Position numbers and translations under genes: made by a program. DNA of 64,000 bases, taken from positions 298,654,001-298,718,000 of the forward strand of contig OZ024741.1 in assembly GCA_964016885.1 (NCBI GenBank), in the 5' to 3' direction. This document shows, one piece after another, positions 53,046 through 64,000 of the stretch. The first letter of the stretch is position 1, and each line of letters starts with the position of its first letter. The notes below the pieces were generated by a model. That model saw nothing but the letters and a program-made list of their open reading frames with translations. It was not told the DNA's origin and did no database searches. This DNA is from Eledone cirrhosa. Its lineage: Eukaryota.

Positions 53046-53619
53046 TTTAAGATGATAAGGTGATACATGAAGGAAATTGGATGGTATATGTTACAGAGCG
53101 AGTGAATACGTAGCAGTTACCCTGTAGGTTCGTCTTAACTCGTCGGGTGTCGAGGAAACGTTCTGAAAAATATTCAATAGTATTGCTTATATTAGTGTTG
53201 CATTCTTTCGTAAGAAAACTATATTTAACTTGCATTTTTTCACTTCATATAGCATTAAATAGAAGTTATGTGAGTTGTAGCGTACGGCGGTGTAAAGTGT
53301 AGGGTGCTTTAGAATTAAAGTGTTTATCAAGATTACACTTTGAATATTACCACTCTCAAAATTTGCGATAGACCCATTCCTACTTTGGATGGGAGACTGA
53401 AACTATTAAATATTCATTGTCCTAACATATTCCAGATATTATTTGCCTCGCAAATTCTCGATTCAGATCTCGTCGAGGTCGATAAAATAAAGTACTAATC
53501 AAGTGGTGGGGCCGATTAACGATTCTTTTAGGAATATGTTAAGAGTAAAAAATGTGAATGATACATAACAGGTTAAACTGATGTTATTCGCGGTTGTGTT
53601 TCACGTGCCATATATAGAA

Positions 53620-53900
53620 TGGTAGGCAAAGTATTGGCAGAGTTGTTAGAATGTTGGATCGAATGCTTTGTGGTATTCGTTCGGCTCTCTACTCTTTGAG
53701 TTCAAATCCCGTCGAAGTCAACTTTGCCTTTCATCCAATTGAGGTCGATAAAAATGTGCCAGTCTAGTACTGGGGTTGATTCTTCCTCTATATCTCTTTG
53801 TCACTTCCATTCTCTCACTCTGTCTATTCTTCTCTGGAAAAAAATCTACTGTATTCAGACCTGGAAAGGCTTGGGCTTCACCAGGTTTTAAAAAGCTCTA
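53620..53900 (+). mobile_element. SINE family A
   Basis: Head, core and tail. Confidence 0.8.
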
Positions 53901-56847
53901 GAATCTACCTGATGCAGAGGGAATGATTGCAGAAATGTAAATCGATTATGTATCGAATGAACACCATTATTGATTATGAGTGTCAATACAGTGCCCCTAC
54001 GACTCCCTCAGGAGTTACGGGACCATCCATCCATCCACATAGAATGGTATGTAGTTTTACGTAAATGTATATCTACTGTCAGGTATGGTGCAGCAATTTA
54101 TTTATACACAACCTTTAATTCTTTGCAAAACTTTTACAATGCTGCGAATATTCTCTAATGTAAATAAATACTCTTCTTAATTATAATAAAAACACTTATC
54201 CCCCAGTAATGATGAAAAATCAGCTGATGAATATGAAATTACAGTTGATGGTGATGAAATTGAAATTGACGATGATGAAATTGAAATTGACGATAACAAG
54301 ATTGAGACTGATGACTGGATTGCGCTTGAGGTTGATAATGACAAATTTGAGGGGCAAAAAGCTGTAAATAAATAATCAAATCTATCACCCAATCAACCAG
54401 AGAATATTTTTTACACGAAATTCGAACTCATATTAAAGTTAAATAGAACACACACATTACACGGTGGTACTATTATTTCTGGAATGAAATTTACCTGATG
54501 CAGAGGGAATGGTTGTAGATTTGTAAATCGATTATCTATCGCACGAACAGTTTATTGATTATGAGCATCAGCTTACCATTTGTTCCCAATCAATGTTGAA
54601 ATTGCATCAATTAATGAACGGGAAGATTTTGGACGATGTTAATAATTAGATGGTGAATAGATGTAACTCAATACATCCCTTGTTTTGGACACTGTACACT
54701 TTACTTGGTTTAATATTTGCTACCCGTCAATAATTACACAATGGAGGAATCCACCAAGTCATAACTTCAAATTAGAAATGTAGATCTATAAAAAAACAAC
54801 ATATTGTGGTACCTTATAGACATAGGATCCTCGTGTTAATTTTTGTAATGGTGTAAACGTGAACTTTATGAGGAATCCTCGGGAGAATAATGTTAGATCG
54901 TAATGAAAAGATTTATAGTCAATTAAAGGCGTAATATAGAAGGAAAAATGCTGATTGACGAGGCTATTAAGCTACTGAATAATGAACAATTTATTTCAGG
55001 CGTTTCGTCTTCCCTTTGTGCAGCAGATTTAACAAATCTTAACTGCATCAATTCAGAATAAGTGCCAGGTTTTCTTGGGATATCTCATGGACTGTGATAT
55101 GCTGCTATTCTATCTATGGAAAAATTTATGAGACCATGAAACACGATCTAAGTAAAGATACTTGCCCACAGAGAAAGCCTCTATGTGGTCGCTCAAGTTG
55201 CTGAAATAGCAACCAAACCACATCAACCGTCTTAAAATATGACTCATTGAATAATGTATCTCGAGGGGATTAACGTATTCTATATAAGAAAATATTGATT
55301 CATTACATGATTATATAATAAACTGTCCCATGATATCTATTAAATACTAATTAATAATTATATAATAAACTGTCCCATGATATCTATTAAATACTAATTA
55401 ATAAATTGCCACATATAATTTATTACTGTTAAGTAGATATCTTGAGACGATAGCGTATAATCATTGTAGCAGCAAGCGTAATAGACTTTTGAGGAGTGTT
55501 TTGTTAGCTTGTAATGCTATCGCATCATTTTTACATACATAGTATGGTGTATCATACATAAAAAGGAACTATTAAAGCACAGCATTGCAAGCAAAAATAT
55601 ATTGCTCCTGTTGCTTGAAGTATTACACCCAACCGTTTCATGATATCTACTTTGCAGTAGTAGATATCATGGAGCAATATATTACATATCACATATTTAT
55701 GTGATGAATTAGTATTCTCGGATAAAGAATAACTTAAACGGAAATTCACAAGACCAGCTATAGTTACAAGTTTGATATTCCGGATTGGTTTATATCGTCC
55801 AGGATTTTCCTGGTACATATTATTTGGGTCCAAGGAAGATAAAAGATAAACTTGATGTCGTCAGAATTTGAACTTACTCTCGGGTCTCGAATGATCCTCC
55901 CCCTTCCACGCTTATTAATTTTTCAGATCATCCTTCTCTCGCTCTCATTCCAACCCCCCTGCATATTAAATTTTACTAATCTATCTCCGGTGAAATATTA
56001 TTTTAAGTGGTAGCATTCCTGCGGCAATTAATTTTCTTTATACATTAAAAAACATCATACATGACAAAAACGTGTATTACTAGAAATCTGATAAGTTATA
56101 AAATAAATAGGATGAGATGTGGTCTCAATATGCAAATTAAACGATTAATTCTGGTTTTTAAAAAAAATCAACGGAGATAAGATTACCGATTTCCTACCAC
56201 CCCAACTTATTCCTCACCCCTCACTTATTCAAAAGCTCACCCAATTTTATTTGAGACCCGAATGTATATATCAAAACAAAATGACATATTAATACGGTAA
56301 TGGTCTTGATGTTCTATGGATTTTGCCAATCCGTTCACTCTGATAATTTATATATTAGACAGGTAATATATATTGGAAAATAAAATCTATCTTTCTTCTC
56401 TTTTCCACAAAAAACACTTGAAATAGAATTTCTCTTATTGCCATCGTAAAATAGCAGGGACGAAAATCTCTCACTTTTTCCTTCACAATTTAGAAACTTT
56501 TTCTTTACATATTTGTCGCTGACAGATTTTGCATAACAGCATGTACAAATTTGTTAGTCCAGAAAAATGAACTTCAATTTTGAATTTCACCAGTAAAACA
56601 GGTATTAGTAATGTAAAAAGAAAACACTACCACAACAACCACAAAGTACTAAAAATTACACAATAAATAAATAGATAAATAAATAAAATGTTGCAAGAAA
56701 GCCAATAATTTGCAAAGATTGTTAGGTTTTTCGATATTTTAAAAGTATAATTCTATCTCCAAATAAATAAATAAATAAATATATATAAAATATATATATA
56801 TATATAATTATATTACATTCAAATAAATATTTATATTTATACCTATA

Positions 56848-56933
<86 letters not shown>

Positions 56934-57947
56934 TATAAATATAAATTCATACACACATACCTGCACGCACACACACACACATATACAAGCACACGTACAC
57001 ACGCACGCACACACACACAGGCACACACACACATACAGGCACACACATATTCAGGCACATACTCACACATGCTAGTACACAAATATACACATAAGCACGT
57101 TCACAGAGTAAATATAGAAATAAGTACACACATACTATATAAGCAAATATTAACTATAGCGAATGTGAATATTTATTTATTCATATATTTGTCCTTCATG
57201 CACTGGAAGGGAGACAACTGATGAAGGAAAGGGTGGTAACAAACTATAGAAAACAGCGATCAGCGTTCTAAGATGCGTTAAACTTGTGTGAGTGTATGTA
57301 TATGAGTATATGTGTGTTTATATATATACATACATACAAACACACACACGCACACACACGCACAGAGAGCTCTCTTTCTTGACCGCTGTATCACGTGATA
57401 AGTTCCGCCTCCGCCTTTCGGGATTCTATCTCGCGTCCTACGGTTGTGTTTCGAAACTCTAAATGTGGTATCCTCTTGATAAGTCAGCAAACCTCACAAA
57501 AATACTGCATCTCTATGATGTAATGTTTTTGTATAATAGCCACAAAACTACGTAGTCGAGGATAATGAACGAATTTAGGTATAGTATATCTTTTTATTTA
57601 TATCTAATGTTTCTTCTTTCTTTATAATGTATTATATAGCTCTGATATTGAATCAATCTAATCTATTCAGATTATTTTGTCCCTATTTATCATAGAGCAA
57701 CAACGGTTAAGGTTGGCACCACACAAATTCAGGGATATATGTGGGTATATGCATGTATATGTATGCATTCGCATGTGTCTGTGTATTTCTTTGTATTGTA
57801 TGTATATATATATATATACATATATGTATGTATGTATATATGAATTATCTACCCACACCTTACTTCTGTTTTTTATTGATCTATGCACAAACACACGCAC
57901 ACGAGTGCACAAAAACATTTATATATATATATATATACATATCTCTA

Positions 57948-58034
<87 letters not shown>

Positions 58035-58790
58035 GTATATATACTCATACATATAAATGTAAACATATGCACACCAAGATAATATATTGGTTATCTGTGT
58101 TAGTTGCGGATAGTTTTCCACAAAAACATTTGTAATAAAGGAATTATTACTCTAAAAAATTGGTTTTGTATCCATTTTTATATATATAATACTACAATTA
58201 ACCGCCATTCTTTGACGGCACGGGGCCAGCTACTATGAACAGAATAACTATAGATATAAAGAAACGAATCAATAAATGGAGTACAGAATTTGCATTGCAC
58301 TTCTTTAGTTTCTGGACTTGAAAATAAACAATAAATATATCTACGATTATATTAAAGACGTTGTATCTGTGATATAAAATGTCTGTCACACTGTGGGAAG
58401 GCGTTGATGTGAGTGTGAATGTACGAGAGAGATATAGAGAGAAATGGAGAGAGAAAGAGAGAGACAGAGAGGGATAGAGGGATAGAGAAATAGAGGGAGA
58501 GATGGAGAGAGGACGAGAGAGAAATAGAGGGAGAGAGAGAGAGAGAAAGGGCGGTGGTGGCAGCACCAACGCCGACATTTTCGACTTTTTACCTTACGTT
58601 TTCATGGGAAGGGGTTGATAAGAGTGTGTGTGTTTGAGAGTGAGGGGGATAGAGAGAGAGAGGAGAGAGAAAGAAAGTAAGAGAGTGAGAGGGAGGGAGA
58701 GTGAGAGAGGGGGGGGGTACTGGCAGCTGCAACGCCGAAATTTTTGCTTTTTTGTTTCACGTTTTCATGGGAAGGAAGTTGATGATAAGA

Positions 58791-58837
<47 letters not shown>

Positions 58838-59145
58838 TGTGTATGTGTGTGCGTGAGAGAGAGAAAGAGAGAGTGTGTGTGCGAGCGAGAGAGAGAGAGT
58901 GAACTATATGTTGGATTGTGTAGATACAGAAAACGAGCGGTGGTGGCGGTGGTGTTGACCAAATTACTTTTTAAACCACTGCTGTACAAAAAAATATTCC
59001 ACTTCCTGAAATTGCAAATGAGTGAAATATTCAATTTTGGGAGTTCCAGTTATTTGATAAATTCATTCAATTTAATTTGTTGTGTTGCATATATATATAT
59101 ATGCGTGTGTGTATGTGTGTGTGTGTATGTGTGTGTGTATATATG

Positions 59146-59185
<40 letters not shown>

Positions 59186-59189
59186 TGTA

Positions 59190-59976
<787 letters not shown>

Positions 59977-60058
59977 TATATATACATATCTATATATAAA
60001 TGTATATATATATGTATATATACATACATGCATATATATACATATATATACATATATA

Positions 60059-60136
<78 letters not shown>

Positions 60137-60684
60137 TACTTTATATATATAAAACTTATAAATAAACCATTTAAAATGTCATATCCGTGGTTGTTTCTAA
60201 TTAAACCATGGAATTTCCCTGGGGTTAGCTAGCAAAAAATAGATACATTAATTAACGAGGCGGCCATGTTAATCTTTCATGTCACGTCATCTTTCTAAAT
60301 GTATTATTTAAGGTAAAATATATAATAAATAAATGAATAAAAATATACAAATAAATAAGTAATGGTAAATAAAGGAATGAATACGTAATCATTAAATGCA
60401 AGAATTGCTGGAGTTGGTGTAAATACACAGCAACTCTCCGATATCCGAATGGCTAAATGTCAGCAGAAGGGCACCCAGGAGTCATGACCTGGATGTGGTC
60501 CGGGCCACTTAAAGTGCCGCGATGGGGCCGCATGGGAGGGACTTTGGCTGACAGAATTGATAAACAACATATTTAAGCCATCTTGTAGGCCAGCACGAGC
60601 TCACCCCACTACCCAGCTCAGGCATACCGATCCTCATGCTGGAAATAACATTTGCTTCGGTCGTTTTCGTTCTGATTTCGAATT

Positions 60685-61382
60685 CCAACGAGCTCAATTC
60701 AGCATTTCATACTTCCAGGTCGAATAAATAAAATACCAGTCAAGTACTGGCGTCTATTGAATCGACTGTTCCCTCGCTTGAATTTCTGACCTTGCTCTAA
60801 TGTAGGAAACGATTCGAGGTTAGCTTTGCCTTTTATCCTTACGGGGTCGATAAAATAAATCACCAATTTAGCATTGGGGTCGATTTAATCGACTTTCACC
60901 TCCTCCTAAATTATTAGCCTTGTGCCTAAATCTGAAACCCTTATTACCATTAATTCCATCTGTTTAAGAGCAATGAGTTTGCAATATTACTACAAAGTCG
61001 AGAACGGTCGATTGGCAGTATCGGTAGAGCGTCGAACAACATGTTTTATGACATAGAATCCCGCCGAGGTTAGATTTACTTTTCATCCTTACGGGGTAGA
61101 TGAAATAAAGTACCAGTAATGCACAGGTGCCGCTTTAATTGACTTCCTCTCCCCCAAAATTGCTGACCTTGTGCCTAAATCAGAAACCACTGTTGGTAGA
61201 ATGTCGAACTAAAAAGGCTTTGCGGTTTTTAGTCACGCCTGTTTACGTTCTGAGTTCAAATCCAACCGAGGTTAACTTTGCTGTCGATAAAATAAAATAT
61301 TAGTATAGTAATGGGTCGATATAATCGACTTTCCTCTTACCCTAAAATTGTTAACGTTGTTCAGAAATTAGAAACCATTATT
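60685..61382 (+). mobile_element. Cluster of four head-to-tail partial SINE A/B copies
   Basis: Core GGTCGATAAAATAAA.TACCA and a GAAAC tail recur four times. Confidence 0.75.
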
Positions 61383-61589
61383 TCCATCCTGTTTTTTTCT
61401 ACTTTATTTTTTATTTCATTTTAACTTCTTTGTCTGTCAGTCTTTCTTTCTTTCATATATTCATTCTTTCATTCATTCATTCTTTCTTTCTTGCATTAAT
61501 TCATTCTTTGTTTTTTGATCTTTTTCTTTTCTTTTCTTTATTTCCAAGCTTTTTTGTTTCTTATATTTTTGTTCTTTTCTTTACGTTCT

Positions 61590-61591
61590 AT

Positions 61592-61639
<48 letters not shown>

Positions 61640-61651
61640 TCCTTCTTTCCT

Positions 61652-61683
<32 letters not shown>

Positions 61684-61695
61684 ACTTTCTTTCTA
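61590..61695. repeat. (TTTC)n microsatellite
   Basis: Directly visible. Confidence 0.95.
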
Positions 61696-62039
61696 TCCAT
61701 TCTTTATACATTCTCCCTATCTCTACAAATTATGTTTATACTTTTTTATTTGAAACTCCACTCCCTTTATTTGGAAGTAATTCCCATCAATGGGTACCAC
61801 TGATAATTTCCCATGCTTCCCCATCCATCATCCTCCACCATTAACATTTATTCATAAATTCCAATACTCTCACATCCACACACGTCATTAGTCATGGCAG
61901 GTGCTGAATGGCAACGTTCCTACCTAAATATCTAAATACCATATCTCCCTCTCACCGTAAAATTGTTAGGGTTGCATAGCTTCGTCACATTTCTTTGTAT
62001 TGCTTTGACATTTTCATATATCCTACTGTTCCACGCGGA

Positions 62040-62360
62040 AAACACGTAGCTTAGTGGTTAGGGTGCTCGTGTCACGTTCGTAAGAGAGTGAGTTCGATTC
62101 CCGGCGGGGCGTTGTGTCTTTAAGCATAATACTTTATTTCACATTGCTCCAGTTCACTCAGCTGTCAAAAATGAGTTGTACCTGTATTTCAAAGAATCAG
62201 CCTTGTCATACACCGGGATATGCAAAATCTCACTGAAAACTACTTAAAAGTTAAACGCGCCTCCGAAATACTCAGCCACTTGCACTTTAATTTCATAAGC
62301 AGGCTATCCCATTGATCAAACAACTGTAACACTAGTCGTCGATACCGACGAAGATCCAAT
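62040..62360 (+). mobile_element. SINE family C, full length
   Basis: TAGCTTAGTGGTTAG A-box, GAGTTCGATTCCC B-box, CORE-like body. Confidence 0.85.
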
Positions 62361-63317
62361 GCAACTGTTGCATGTACATACATACGCCCCTCTCACGAAT
62401 GCAGGTACAAACACCAGACCTATCAACCCTCGACGGGGAGATCTCCCACCCACTTTGGGGTGGATGAGAGATGTCTTTCTCTTATGAAAATGGGAATAGC
62501 TTTCATTATGTAAAATCTCCACATTTTGCCTCATTCCTCCCCGTTTTGGGGTCCTTTTTTTCACCGCACTCCTCGTTTGGGTTTTTAGAGGTTGGCAGGT
62601 CTGCAAACACAAATATACATACGTACTTAAACACATACATACTAATACATACATATTAAAAGTATAGCACAAGGCATAACCACACATATCTCGAAGCAGT
62701 TCTCAATATGTGCAATGGTAAAGTGCATATCTGTCAACGACACCACCAGGGTGCCTATGAATAATGTTGGTGTGGTTAAAAGGCTTCAAAGTAATGGCGC
62801 CACCAAGTCATCAATATCCCGTTATTGGCGTATTCATCTTGTATCACTGATTTATCTCCACCGTCATGTTCTTATTTACTTAGTTCCAGACATGTGAAGA
62901 ATTAGATGTGTTTACGTCTTGAAACCACTGGTAATGCAGAGTTAAGTAAATCTGTTAATACGAATGCATGTATGTATACACTTATATGTGCGTGCGTGTG
63001 TATGTGTTTGAGTGCGTGTATCTCTATGAGCTACTCTGTTGCTCACATCACACCACTTTTAATTTGTGTAACATGGTGTAAATGTCTTTTTATAAATATT
63101 TCAATTAATTCCGGGTGCAAGAGAGTCAATTTATCGATTTATCTCTCTATCTGTCTGTCTGTCTATCTGTATGTTTGCACGCCCTTCTTTCTTTGTATTT
63201 CAGTACATCACCAGCGGGTGGTTCTAGTAAAATTAAAAGTATACCGTCAGACCTCAGGTTTACGTATCCATAAACACACATGGAACCGTACGGACACATC
63301 TTTGTGCGTGCGCGCGC

Positions 63318-63319
63318 GT

Positions 63320-63357
<38 letters not shown>

Positions 63358-63366
63358 ATGCGTATG

Positions 63367-63454
<88 letters not shown>
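63318..63454. repeat. (TG)n microsatellite
   Basis: Directly visible. Confidence 0.97.
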
Positions 63455-63457
<3 letters not shown>

Positions 63458-64000
63458 AACACTCCAGGATGTTAATTCAATGCAAAAAGCAAACCCGAAG
63501 CAATTCAGAATAAATTTGCTTTGTGTATTCCCGGAATGAATTTATTCTGATTGAAACCTTCAGGGAAATAATTTAACCGAAACTCGCAAATTTAACCAGA
63601 GCTTGTTCATAAAAAAAAATTCCGTTTTTAGTTACACATTAAAGGCAAACAAAAGAACAACAACAAAAATCACATATACATTCTTCACGACCCGAGCAGG
63701 TTAAAAATAAGTGCTCGAAAAGTTATCTAATACAGAAATAGTATTTCTGTTATTTGTTTACTGTATAAAAGTTTACAATTTACAATTGATAATGTTAGTG
63801 GGTTTTTATTTATATCGGTTATCCTTTATTAACTTGGTTCATCGATCATGCGACAAGTGGTGATAACATTTTTGAATCGTCTGAATTGTAATCATTCGAA
63901 AGGATGAAGAAACATTAGTGAAACGGTTTGTGAGATAGTTTATTGATGAGAGAATAGCGACGTAGCAAAACGTTGAATTTGAATCTAAAATTGGAAGAAA

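Noticed and set aside
57390-57480. CpG-rich promoter-like patch (CACGTG, CCGCCTCCGCC)
   Set aside because: Too short, and no associated exon could be identified
62040-62115. tRNA gene
   Set aside because: The A/B boxes run into a dispersed SINE body; no clean cloverleaf

Overview
AT-rich animal DNA made almost entirely of transposable-element debris and simple repeats. The SINE families resemble those of octopus/coleoid cephalopods (inference). I found no host gene, rRNA, true tRNA gene or CRISPR array; most short ORFs in the track are microsatellite artefacts. The dominant theme is Penelope-like elements (PLEs) inserted at (TA)n tracts. There is a near-complete Neptune-type PLE (41.0-45.1 kb) with a long extra upstream ORF, and two inverted double-arm insertions of one CxCx5C/GIY-YIG PLE family (27.0-30.3 and 48.1-50.7 kb). 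Further PLE 3' remnants and about ten hammerhead-ribozyme (HHR) motifs occur, several with non-canonical cores. Perfect fold-back palindromes (42, 66 and 437 bp) recur at the 5' junctions of these insertions. Also present: a 5'-truncated L1/Tx1 LINE in a GATA tract, RTE, CR1-like and Ingi-like LINE fragments, a decayed DD41D-like mariner, non-autonomous Helitrons, many SINEs and a 47-bp minisatellite. All calls were made by eye, with no database searches or folding runs; element boundaries are approximate unless a TSD or palindrome fixes them.
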